From: an uncultured Rivularia sp.
Lineage (GTDB): Bacteria > Cyanobacteriota > Cyanobacteriia > Cyanobacteriales > Nostocaceae
NCBI GenBank assembly: GCA_963665115.1
Contig: OY762007.1
Coordinates: forward strand, 4,800,001-4,864,000
DNA: 64,000 nucleotides
Direction: 5' to 3'
Shown: positions 46,936 to 57,310 of the stretch, in pieces
Position numbering within the stretch: the stretch's first letter is position 1
Layout: each line of letters starts with the position of its first letter
Program-made: the position numbers and the translations under genes
The notes under the pieces: generated by a model
What the model was told of the DNA's origin: nothing
What the model saw: the letters and a program-made list of their open reading frames with translations, nothing else
The model's database searches: none

Positions 46936-47782
46936 GTAAGCGCACGCTTTGTAGGAGGAATATGCCGATTTGAAGGTAAACTCAAGCTTTAAATATTCTT
47001 CAAATATGCTTAATAATTAGCAACATCTATCAATGCTGATTATTAGATAGTTAAGTAATATTAAGATGAAAGTTTATCAAGAATCGGTATTGCCCGTACC
47101 TAAATATCATAAACAAGTGTAAATTTAGGGTTTAAGATTATTAATCCGTTAAAATACTTATATATAAGATAATTCGAGAACTTATAAGGCTTAATGTCAA
47201 AAGAGGCGGCATAAGGCAGTATAACTTTCAAATACCACAGATATCAAATAAAAACGAATGACTAAATATTTAATATTGAAATTTATCCGAAAATTTATTT
47301 ACACAAAAATACCTGAAACGGCGTTTTACTATGTGAATACTTATAAATTCATTAAGAAAAGTTTTTAAAAATAACACAGTATGAATATTATTGGTAGTCA
47401 ATGGGTGACTCTAGAGTCTTTTTCAAGTGAATTTATTACCGTATATTCACATAGATTCTTTCAATTAGTTTTATTAATATGCTCAAAAGAGACATTTTTG
47501 AGTTATAACCTTTAAAATGAATTGTCAACCTGTAATATTACTTACCCAACTTCGGTTAATATCAACTTTGTAATCGGCAGCCAAAGCCTTCTTTGCAGCA
47601 ATTGCTAATAAGGAATTTTTCCCGAATTGTTAGTAAATATGCCGGATACTCTATGTGGTAAGCATGAAGTTCATAGAATATTACTTAAAACCATTTGCAT
47701 TTTTCGGATTAAAAATCCCGTACTTTATCTCGCTCTCGTCATAAATCAAAAAAATTACCAGTTTTGACATTCAGAGGTATCA

Positions 47783-48589
47783 ATGACTATTAATAGTTTT
47801 ACTCAAGCAAAAAGACCAAAAAGACCAGTTAAACAGCAATTAGAATACCAACGACCAGAATACCAACGACCAGAATATCAACGACCAGAATATCAACGAC
47901 CAGAATATCAACGACCTAACTTGATCGTTCCTGATGTTCCTAGCGTTCCTGATGTTCCCGACGACTACATGGGAACACCGGAAATTGGTCCAGACGGCAG
48001 CATTTTCACTTGTCCCAATCGCGGAAGAGTCGCAATCTTCATCGATGGTGCGAATTTATTTTATGCAGCATTGCAGCTTGGGATTGAAATTAACTATGCC
48101 AAACTACTCAGTTGCTTAGCGAAAGATTCAAAATTGTTGCGTGCATTCTTCTACACGGGAGTAGATCCAACTAACGAGAAACAACAGGGTTTCTTATTGT
48201 GGATGCGTCGGAATGGCTATCGCGTTATCACCAAAGATTTAGTGCAATTCCCAGATGGTTCCAAAAAAGCCAATCTTGATGTAGAGATTGCCGTAGACAT
48301 GATGAATTTAGCCCCTTACTACGACACTGCGGTTTTGGTAAGCGGTGATGGCGATTTAGCTTATGCAGTAAATGCAGTCTCCTATCAAGGTTCCAGAGTA
48401 GAAGTAGTTAGTTTGCGTTCAATGACTAGCGAAAGCTTAATTGACGTTGCCGACTGCTTTGTTGATTTAGATGCAATCAAAAAACATATTCAAAAAGAAT
48501 CAGATTCAGAGTATAGCTATAGACCGTTATCAAATTTTGACATACACCCACCAATTCACGTAGAGCAACCACATTACCCAAAATCTTAA
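47783..48589 (+). CDS. NYN-domain (LabA/DUF88) protein with N-terminal EYQRP repeats
   Basis: IFIDGANL, KKANLDVEIAVD, LVSGDGD. Confidence 0.88.
   Translation: MTINSFTQAKRPKRPVKQQLEYQRPEYQRPEYQRPEYQRPEYQRPNLIVPDVPSVPDVPDDYMGTPEIGPDGSIFTCPNRGRVAIFIDGANLFYAALQLGIEINYAKLLSCLAKDSKLLRAFFYTGVDPTNEKQQGFLLWMRRNGYRVITKDLVQFPDGSKKANLDVEIAVDMMNLAPYYDTAVLVSGDGDLAYAVNAVSYQGSRVEVVSLRSMTSESLIDVADCFVDLDAIKKHIQKESDSEYSYRPLSNFDIHPPIHVEQPHYPKS
47842..47916 (+). repeat. 15-bp in-frame tandem repeat x5 encoding EYQRP
   Basis: (AGAATAYCAACGACC)5. Confidence 0.9.
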
Positions 48590-48880
48590 TTAGTAATTCG
48601 TGATTCGTAGTTATGAATAAAGCAATTTTAGATTTTAGATTTTAGATTGATTCAGAACGGGGATACTTGTAAAACCATTACCGTCTTCTTTTCCCTCTCC
48701 TTAATAAGGAGAGGTAAAGCAAGATTCTGTATTGGAATTTAAAACGGTTTTGAAACTGTGTTCGTGGAATATCCGCGTAAATGACAATTTAAAATCTTTG
48801 AAGCTTTTAGTTAATTCAAAATCCAAAATCTAAAATCCAAAATTAGACATTAGTCACAATTGCGAATCACGATTTGTAAA

Positions 48881-50459
48881 TTATGAAGCTGGTAAATCAA
48901 CGCTGTAAAGCGTTTTTCCTTCTAAGTTATGCAGCGCAACGCTCATAACTTTGGTTTGAGAATTGATTTTCACCGTACCAAAAAACTGCAAACCATCTTT
49001 TGGCGATCTATTTGGTTTCATTGTCGAGTCTACGCTTTGAAACTTTACTTGCGGGCCAAAAGTATTATCAAGCTGATTTGGGCCAAAAGTGCCGGAATTC
49101 AAAGGACCGGCAACAAACTCCCAAAATGGTGTAAATTCCTGAAACTGTGCTTTGTTGGGGTCGTAATAATGGGCTGCTGCATAATGCACGTCAGCAGTTA
49201 ACCAAACCACATTGCGGATATTCTTCTGTTTGATAAAACGCAATAAATCGGCAATCTCTAATTCACGTCCCAATGCCACACCATCACCATTAGATGCATT
49301 TTCAAACTTGGTTTTACCATCTTTGACTAACAACCCGATAGGCATATCCGAGGCAATTACCTTCCAAGTTGCTTTGGAGTAAAGTAATTGATTTTTCAAC
49401 CAGCGCACCTGAGAGTTACCTAAAAACGCCGTTGCCGCACTCGCTTGTTGCTGTCGGTTAGCCGTATTAGGTCCTCGGTAGCTGCGTTCATCCAACATAA
49501 AAACTTCTAAATTAGACCCATATTTATAAGAACGATAAATTTGTTCTGGATCAATATCGTCAAAGCGAATGGGTGTATACTCCATAAAAGCTTGCTTGGC
49601 TCTGGCTGCTAACAGAGAAACACTTTTAATTTTGTAGCGATCGTCATCCAGAATCTCGCCAGGATACCAATTATTAGTAGTTTCGTGGTCATCCCACTGC
49701 ACCAACTGCGGAACTTCAGCATTAAACCGCTTCACATTTTCATCCAGCAAATTATAAACATAATTGCCGCGAAACTCCTGTAAAGTTTCCGCAACCTTGG
49801 ACTTTTCCGGGGTAACAATATTTTTCCAAATACTGCCATCATCCAATTTAACTTCAGATTCAATTGGCCCGTCGGCGTAGATATAATCACCAGAATGAAT
49901 AAAAAAATCCGGTTTTAGCTGCCGAATTGTCTCGTAGATTTTCATCCCGCCAAAGTCTGGATTAATACCCCAACCTTGTCCCGCAGTATCTCCAGACCAA
50001 GCAAAGAATATATCACCGTTTTCAGCAGGAGTGCGTAATTTTCCTGTATAAGGAGCGCTGTAAGTATTGATATCGGCTAAATCCTGAAAAATCACGCGGT
50101 AAAAAACTTGCTCTCCACTTGGCAAATTATTCAAATTGACTCGCGCAGTAAAATCGCTAACTTCCAAAGCCGCAGGGACCAATAACTCTTTTTGCATCCT
50201 TGAAAGATTCGTTAGTTGCATAATCAACAATCGCTCGCGCCGGTTTATCGCTACGACTCCAAATAACCGCACTATTGCCGTTAACATCACCGCTAGCAAC
50301 ACCGTAAGGAATTTTCGGACGCATTTTATCCGATGTAATAATACCCGGTGCTTGAGCAAAACTTTTATTTTGTAAAAACCTTGTGGCAATCATTCCAGAA
50401 GTTGCGATCGCGCTACCTATTAAAAAGCGACGGCGAGATTGTGAGAAGTTAGGTTTCAT
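48881..50459 (-). pseudogene. phoD: Alkaline phosphatase D (Tat-exported); apparent +1 frameshift at 50175-50177
   Basis: Tat signal SRRRFL and GVASGD in ORF 50157-50459; GDYIYAD, WDDHE, LDERSYR and ADVH in ORF 48881-50389. Deleting one base joins RVIGP to AALEVSDFT. Confidence 0.9.
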
Positions 50460-50607
50460 CTTTTTTAATTGTGTTTGAAGGTGAAATATTTTTTTTGCCT
50501 ACATTCTCGCTTAGGAAATAACTTTCCGCAATTTTACCCAAATTTATTTAGATAATTGTTGAGATACTTAAAATATCTGGCGGTTGAAACCGCTGCTACA
50601 CCAGTTT

Positions 50608-50799
50608 GTAGGTTGGGTTAGGCACATGAAAAATAATCATATTTAACGAAGAATTAATCTTGCGCCGTAATCCAACAGTCTTATTAAGAGTATTTTCAAA
50701 TATCTCGGTTGATCCAAAATATTGATGTTGGGTTACGACACGATAATTACAAATTTGGGTTACAGACTAAATTTCCGAATCGTGTCTAACCCAACCTAC
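50608..50799 (+). repeat. Paired GTAG-REP element with expanded loops, copy B
   Basis: Terminal inverted repeat GTAGGTTGGGTTAG / CTAACCCAACCTAC plus internal inverted arms. Confidence 0.82.
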
Positions 50800-50840
50800 G
50801 AATAAATAAAAATTAAAAAAGTTTTTCAAATATAAATATA

Positions 50841-52298
50841 ATGACAAACCAAAGATTACAAGAAAGATACGAAATCCAGCGGCAACTAGGAAAAAATTCT
50901 GGAAGAAAAACTCTACTAGCAAAGGATTTAGAAACTCAAGAATTAGTAGTGGTTAAATTACTAAATTTCGATATTGAATTTGACTGGCAAGATTTGAAAT
51001 TATTTGAAAGAGAAGCGCAGATTCTACAAGAACTTTCACATCCTGCGATTCCGAATTATCTCGATTCATTCAAAATTGATTTACCCAATTCTAAAGGCTT
51101 TGGTTTAGTACAAACTTATATCCCGGCGAAATCTTTGGAAGAACATTTGCAACAAGGGCGTACTTTTAGCGAAACAGAAGTGAAGCAAATCGCTAAAGCT
51201 TTATTAGAAGTATTAACTTATCTGCATTCTCGACAACCTGCTGTTATTCACCGCGACATCAAACCCAGCAATATTTTATTAGGCGATCGCTCTGGCAATC
51301 ATGCTGGTGAAGTTTATTTAGTCGATTTTGGTGCTGTGAAAACCGCAGCGCAGCAACAAGGTGGAACTATGACTGTAGTTGGAACTTACGGCTATATGGC
51401 TCAAGAGCAGTTTGGTGGGCGTGCTGTACCTGCTTCTGATTTATATAGTTTGGGAGCAACTTTGATTTATTTAGTTACTGGTAGCCATCCAGCCGATTTG
51501 TTAGGGGATGAGATGGTTATTGAATTTGAGGATTCGGTTAATTTGAGTAATGAGTTTATTAATTGGCTGAAATGGATGACTCAAACTACTCTGAAAAAAC
51601 GTCCGTCTTCAGCAGAAGTTGCTTTGGAAGAGTTAGAAAATCCGACATTTGTAGAGTCGAAGTTAGTAGTTAATAAGCCGAAGGGTAGTAAGGTTCAATT
51701 GAGGAGGGAGAAAGATCAGTTGGAGATATTAATTCCTCCAGTTGGTATAACATTATCAATTGTAATTAGTTACTTTATTTTATTTTGTCCAACTTTATTC
51801 ATAATGTGGGTGGTATGTGGCTTATCTTATGGAGCAATTACATCCACTACATCCACAGCAGCACTTAGTTATATTGCGTGCCTTATATTATCTTTTCCAT
51901 TTTTAAGTGTAATGTTAGACATATGGCGAAAAATTAACTTTACCATGTTTGGATATACTTGTCTTTCAATTAATCAAAATAAAATTCAATGGAGATACGA
52001 AATTTTTGGTTTAAAGTGTTTCAAATCTCGTCCCATATCAAGAAGTAATATTTATAAGTTAGAAATAGTTGATAGAACAATAGATGAGAATTATGAACAA
52101 CAGCCAAAGCATTTAGTAAAATTAATTATCTCGACTGCTGTAGACAGTTACGAATTAACAAATTTTTTATCCAAGAAAATAAAATTTTGGCAATTTAAAA
52201 TTCAACCGCCTATTTTCACTTTACCTGAAATAGATTGGTTAGCTCAAGAATTAAGCGGTTTCTTGGATTTACCAATCAATAGAGATTCAGTTAGTTAG
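50841..52298 (+). CDS. Ser/Thr protein kinase with two C-terminal TM helices
   Basis: VVVK, HRDIKPSN, DFG, GTYGY; hydrophobic segments in the C-terminal third. Confidence 0.9.
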   Translation: MTNQRLQERYEIQRQLGKNSGRKTLLAKDLETQELVVVKLLNFDIEFDWQDLKLFEREAQILQELSHPAIPNYLDSFKIDLPNSKGFGLVQTYIPAKSLEEHLQQGRTFSETEVKQIAKALLEVLTYLHSRQPAVIHRDIKPSNILLGDRSGNHAGEVYLVDFGAVKTAAQQQGGTMTVVGTYGYMAQEQFGGRAVPASDLYSLGATLIYLVTGSHPADLLGDEMVIEFEDSVNLSNEFINWLKWMTQTTLKKRPSSAEVALEELENPTFVESKLVVNKPKGSKVQLRREKDQLEILIPPVGITLSIVISYFILFCPTLFIMWVVCGLSYGAITSTTSTAALSYIACLILSFPFLSVMLDIWRKINFTMFGYTCLSINQNKIQWRYEIFGLKCFKSRPISRSNIYKLEIVDRTIDENYEQQPKHLVKLIISTAVDSYELTNFLSKKIKFWQFKIQPPIFTLPEIDWLAQELSGFLDLPINRDSVS

Positions 52299-52683
52299 TA
52301 GGTTGGGTTAGGTGTTTGAATAATCATGATGTTTAACAAAAAACTGATATCAGCACCGTAACCCAACATTCAATTATGGTGATTACTAATAGCTGGTAGG
52401 TTAGCTTCACGGTGCATGAAAAATCTTGATATTTAACGGGAAATTGATATTAGCACCGTAACCCAACATTCAATTATGGGTATTACGAAATAACTTTATT
52501 TATTCACAATGCTGCTGTTGGGTTACGACACGGTATTTAAACTTGGGTTACAAATTGAATTCTTCAATGGTGTCTAACCCAACCTACGAATTCAATCATT
52601 TGTCACACAGCAAAGGCTTACGATACGGTAATTCAAATTCGGATTGCAAATCAAATTTCTCAATCGTATTTAATCCAAACTAA
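52298..52683 (+). repeat. Paired GTAG-REP element, copy C, with duplicated arms (L-L-R-R)
   Basis: Left arms at 52298 and ~52396, right arm ending 52587, degenerate second right arm at ~52615-52683. Confidence 0.8.
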
Positions 52684-53017
52684 AAATTAAGGCTTTATTA
52701 AAAGAAACAACTGTAATTGACTTTTCAAGTTATTTTGATAGAATTCATGTATAAATAAAGACTAGTGCGTCTGATTGTAAATAGAAAAAGTTACTTTTTT
52801 GTTTGTGAGATATTAAGTAATTGATGTCTCAGGTTTTGTAGCTTATATAGTTGCTCTTTGACGAGAAAATTTTCATAAATTATCAATATTATTCAATCAG
52901 GTTACAAGTAAGTTTTGTATTTCATTAATATAAATATTATTTTTGTCATTAATACTATTGATAAAACAAATATAGATTTTTTATTTCTTAAATCAGGTTA
53001 AATTTTGGGATTAAATC

Positions 53018-54650
53018 ATGAATCAGATGCTGGAAAATCGCTATAAAATTATCAAAGAATTAGGCGATGGTGGATTTGGTAAAACTTACGTAGCTCAAGA
53101 TACCCATATGCCTTCTAATCGGTATTCTGTGATTAAACAGCTTAAACCGATGAATCAAGGTTCTGAGATTTATCAAATTGTCCAAGATAGGTTTTTGCGG
53201 GAAGCTGCTATTTTGGAGCAATTAGGAGGTGGTAGCAATCAAATTCCTTCACTGTATGCCTATTTTGAATCTAACGGACAATTTTATCTGGTTCAGGAAT
53301 ATATTGAAGGCAAAACTCTTGCTGAAAAATTACGTACTCAAGGAAAGTTTAGTTCGGATGCCGTCAAAGATATTGTGGTAAAAATTTTACCTGTTTTAGA
53401 TTATGTTCATAATCAAGGCATAGTACACAGAGATATTAAACCAGATAATATTATTATTCGCGATGCCGATAATTTACCCGTATTAATTGATTTTGGTGCG
53501 GTGAAGGAAACTATGCAGACTATAGTCGCTCAATCTGGTAGTATTCCTAATTCTATGATGACGGGAAAATCCTCTATTATCATTGGTACTCCTGGGTTTA
53601 TGTCTTCTGAACAAATGTCGGGAAGACCAGTTTTTAGTAGCGATTTATATGCTTTGGGTATGACTGCGATCTATTTACTGACTGGTAAAATGCCTCAAGA
53701 GTTAGATAGCGATCCTCGTACAGGAGAAGTTATCTGGAAAGAAGATGACAGTAATGTTAGTCCACAATTAGCTGCTGTATTAGATAGAGCAATTCAAAGT
53801 CATTTGCGCGATCGCTTTTCTAGTGTGAATGAAATGCTGGAAGCGTTACAGAGTGAAACGATTGCTACGACTGTAATTGCACCTCGCTTACCTGATGTTT
53901 CTCCAACAAATGAACCAAGCACGGTTGTTTCTCATCAGGAAAACAATACAGTTTCTTCTAATGTGGAAAAAGCCAAGGGTAAAAAAACACCAGTGATACT
54001 TGGTTTGGTAGGTATTTTGCTTTTAGGAGGAGTTGGAAACCTTTGCTTTCTCAATGATGGATCGGCAACAGGCGTTTCAGCAGAGATTAGCTGGTATAGA
54101 AGCAGAGCGTCAAAAAGCAGAAGAATCGCGAAAAGAACAAAACGAGAATAATACTAAAAAAGAACAAGAGCTACAGCGTCAATTAGAAGAAGAAAAAAGA
54201 CTCAGACAGGAAGCAGAAAATAGAAGAAAGCAGAATACAGTTGTCTCTCAGCCTGTATCAAATTCCAATTCCAATTCAAGCTCAAGTTCTAATTCCAATT
54301 CCAATTCCAATTCAAGCTCAAGTTCTAATTCCAATTCCAATTCCAATTCAAGCTCAAGTTCTAATTCAAATTCTTTCCCTGAAGGTAAATTTACAAATAG
54401 TGAATGGTCTTTAAATTTATTTACAATAAATAATAATATTTATTATCAAGCTCAATCGCTTAAAGATTCATCATCTTTAAACTTAGAAAATGGACGAACT
54501 TCTGGTAGTAACGAACGTAAAATTTATACTTGGAACAATGGAGCATATAGATATCAGGTAGTTTGGCAACCAAACGACCCCGATTTCGTTAGATTACGAG
54601 TATTTACTCCTTCAGGTGAAGTGTTAAATCAACTTCTTTCTAGAAGTTAA
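53018..54650 (+). pseudogene. Membrane Ser/Thr kinase with coiled coil, Ser/Asn-rich linker and C-terminal domain; apparent +1 frameshift at 54037-54039
   Basis: LGDGGFG, HRDIKPDN, DFG. Deleting one A in GGAAACC completes the TM helix (LLGGVGTFAFSMM) and joins ORF 54033-54650. Confidence 0.87.
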
Positions 54651-54695
54651 CATTTGCCTCTTACTATTAAATAGGACTTATGCAAAGCAAAGTTT

Positions 54696-54887
54696 GTAGG
54701 TTGGGTTAGGTGCTTGAATAATCATGATATTCAACAAAAAATTGATCTTAGCACCGTAACCCAACATTCAATTATGGTTATGACAAAATATCTTGATTTA
54801 TCTAAATTGCTGCTGTTGGGTTACGACACGATAATTATAAATTTGCATTACAAACGAAATTTCCGAATTGTGTCTAACCCAACATAC
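54696..54887 (+). repeat. Paired GTAG-REP element with expanded loops, copy D
   Basis: GTAGGTTGGGTTAGGTGC...GCACCGTAACCCAAC...GTTGGGTTACGACAC...GTGTCTAACCCAACATAC. Confidence 0.82.
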
Positions 54888-54978
54888 AAGATAATAGCGG
54901 TAAAATAATCGTTTATTATGCAGCAAAAGGAGACGTAGCATTGCTACGTCTCTACATTAGTTATTTGTTGATAATCAA

Positions 54979-55287
54979 TTATTCTAATGGTTCTTGATAT
55001 TCCTCAGTTTCCTGTTCTAGTAGCTTAGAAAACTTTTGTCGCAAGTCTTGTATTTTTTTGTTGCCTTTTGGTAGTGCCATCAGACGAATTTCTATTTCTG
55101 CGATGTTGTCAATTCTAGTTGTCTTTTCCCAAACTTTACTGTCAACTTCCGATTGTGATTCATAACGAAAGGTAACTGTGTCTGAATTGACATCTAAAAT
55201 ATCTACGTTCTTTAGCCAGCCGTTACTGGTTTTCACCAATAACCAAACGTTCTGCTGACCAATTAGTTCTTGAAGCTTAGTCTCCAT
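54979..55287 (-). CDS. Small hypothetical protein
   Basis: 102-aa ORF with beta-strand-like pattern (VTFRY...WEKTTRIDNI). Confidence 0.7.
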   Translation of the reverse strand: METKLQELIGQQNVWLLVKTSNGWLKNVDILDVNSDTVTFRYESQSEVDSKVWEKTTRIDNIAEIEIRLMALPKGNKKIQDLRQKFSKLLEQETEEYQEPLE

Positions 55288-55627
55288 ACAGTTAAAAATT
55301 ATTAGTGTGAGCTAGTCAGAATCTAATTTAAATTTCTTAAACCTATCTTAAGACATATTCCTTTAGATGTAAAATATTTGTGAACATTTTTTCAAAATTA
55401 ATATTACAGATAGATGCATAAGAGGCTGTTGCTAGGTTATTATCAAGGGCTATATATATAAATTACACAAAATAAGTCTTTCAGCTTGCAATACCTTACT
55501 TTTGAGAGAGTTTGGGAGGATGCAATTTACAATTTTTTGTATTATCTTGCTTGTCAAGTGAATTTCCTGTATTGATTGAAAACAGATACAGTAAATTTTT
55601 GTTAAGCGGGTTAAGCAAGGAGTAAAA

Positions 55628-57103
55628 ATGTACGTTGTACAAATTGCCTCTGAATGCGCTCCTGTCATTAAAGCCGGGGGTTTGGGGGATGTTGTTTATG
55701 GACTTAGTACGGAATTAGAAAGCCGGGACAATTGCGTAGAGTTGATTTTGCCTAAGTATGATTGTATGCGTTACGACCATATTTGGGGTCTTCACGATGC
55801 GTATAAAGACTTATGGGTTCCCTGGTATAACGGTAAAATTCACTGTTCGGTTTACTGCGGTTGGGTACATGGGCGGGTTTGTTTCTTTATCGAACCCCAT
55901 TCTGAAGATAATTTCTTCAATCGCGGTTGTTACTACGGTTGTGATGATGACAATATGCGCTTTGCATTTTTCAGTAGAGCAGCATTAGAGTTTTTATTGC
56001 AAAGCAACAAGCGTCCAGATATTATTCACTGTCATGACTGGCAAACTGGTTTAATTCCGGTGATGCTGTATGAGATTTACAAGTATCACGGAATGGGAAA
56101 TCAGCGGGTTTGCTACACCATTCATAATTTCAAGCACCAAGGAATGGGTGGTGCGGAAATACTACAAGCAACTGGTTTAAATCGCGAGCCTTATTATTTC
56201 CAATACGATAAATTGCGAGATAATTTTAATCCTTTTGCGATCAACTTTATGAAGGGAGGAATTGTTTACTCTAATGCTGTAAATACGGTGTCTCCCCATC
56301 ATGCTTGGGAAGCTCATCATACAGATGTTGGTTGCGGATTGAGTCATACCATTGATTTACATCAAAACAAGTTTCGCGGCATTCTCAACGGTATCGATGA
56401 TGAGTTTTGGAATCCGCAAAATGACCGACATATTCCCGAACATTACAGCATAGATAACATTGATGCAAAAGCCAAAAATAAAAAAGCATTAAGAGAAAGG
56501 CTGTTGCTACAGGAAGTTGATAAACCAATTGTGGCTTATATCGGTCGATTGGATGGTCAAAAAGGCGTTGAGTTAGTACATCATTCGATTTACCATGCAC
56601 TGTATAAAGATGCACAATATGTTTTGTTGGGTTCGGCAACGGGGGCTAAAATTAACGCTCAATTCCAGCATGAGAAAAATTTCTTAAACGATAATCCCGA
56701 CGTTCATTTAGAACTTGGATTTAACGAAGAATTAGCCCATCTGATCTATGCAGGGGCAGATATGATTGTGGTTCCCAGTAACTACGAACCCTGTGGACTT
56801 ACGCAGATGATTGGTTTGAAATATGGCACCGTACCGATTGTGCGGGCTGTTGGTGGGTTGGTAAATACCGTGTTTGATAAGGATTACGATTCGGAAAAGC
56901 CAGCAGAGAAGCGTAATGGTTACGTATTTAACAATATGGATCATCATGCCGTAGAGTTTGCAATGGAGCGGGCTTTATGGTTGTGGCATAACGAGAAAGA
57001 TGAATTCCGTATGCTTGTCAAACAAGGTATGGATTATGACTATTCGTGGAATCATCCCGCAAACAAATACTTAGGAATTTACGAGTCGATTCGGGAGAAG
57101 TGA
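55628..57103 (+). CDS. glgA: Glycogen synthase
   Basis: KAGGLGDV, IHCHDWQT, GILNGID, PSNYEPCGLTQ. Confidence 0.95.
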   Translation: MYVVQIASECAPVIKAGGLGDVVYGLSTELESRDNCVELILPKYDCMRYDHIWGLHDAYKDLWVPWYNGKIHCSVYCGWVHGRVCFFIEPHSEDNFFNRGCYYGCDDDNMRFAFFSRAALEFLLQSNKRPDIIHCHDWQTGLIPVMLYEIYKYHGMGNQRVCYTIHNFKHQGMGGAEILQATGLNREPYYFQYDKLRDNFNPFAINFMKGGIVYSNAVNTVSPHHAWEAHHTDVGCGLSHTIDLHQNKFRGILNGIDDEFWNPQNDRHIPEHYSIDNIDAKAKNKKALRERLLLQEVDKPIVAYIGRLDGQKGVELVHHSIYHALYKDAQYVLLGSATGAKINAQFQHEKNFLNDNPDVHLELGFNEELAHLIYAGADMIVVPSNYEPCGLTQMIGLKYGTVPIVRAVGGLVNTVFDKDYDSEKPAEKRNGYVFNNMDHHAVEFAMERALWLWHNEKDEFRMLVKQGMDYDYSWNHPANKYLGIYESIREK

Positions 57104-57193
57104 TTCGATGCAGGGATTTTAGATTTTGGATTGTAAAAGGCTTTTATATCAATACTTTCCAAAATCTATCTGTTGCATTCATTTTTATTAATT

Positions 57194-57219
57194 ACGCGCT
57201 CTTGGGAGGGCGTTTTTTT
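57194..57219 (+). terminator. Probable intrinsic terminator downstream of glgA
   Basis: ACGCGCTC-TTGG-GAGGGCGT imperfect stem followed by a T run. Confidence 0.55.
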
Positions 57220-57310
57220 ATTTCTAAAGTAATTAATTTGGGTAGTTAAACCAATGACGTGGATTGTTTAGTGTATTTAAAGTTAGAATAAATCACTTTT
57301 TTTAGAAAAA

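Noticed and set aside
54260..54372. Ser/Asn tandem repeat as a separate element
   Set aside because: It is an in-frame low-complexity linker of the kinase C-terminus.
50608..54887. Integron attC sites (ACCCAAC...GTTGGGT fits RYYYAAC...GTTRRRY) between cassette-like genes
   Set aside because: The cores are part of GTAG-REP arms, L-box pairing is weak and inconsistent between copies, and no integrase is present. An IntegronFinder run would settle it.
54714..54908. 64-aa ORF
   Set aside because: It lies almost entirely inside repeat element D; not supported as a gene.
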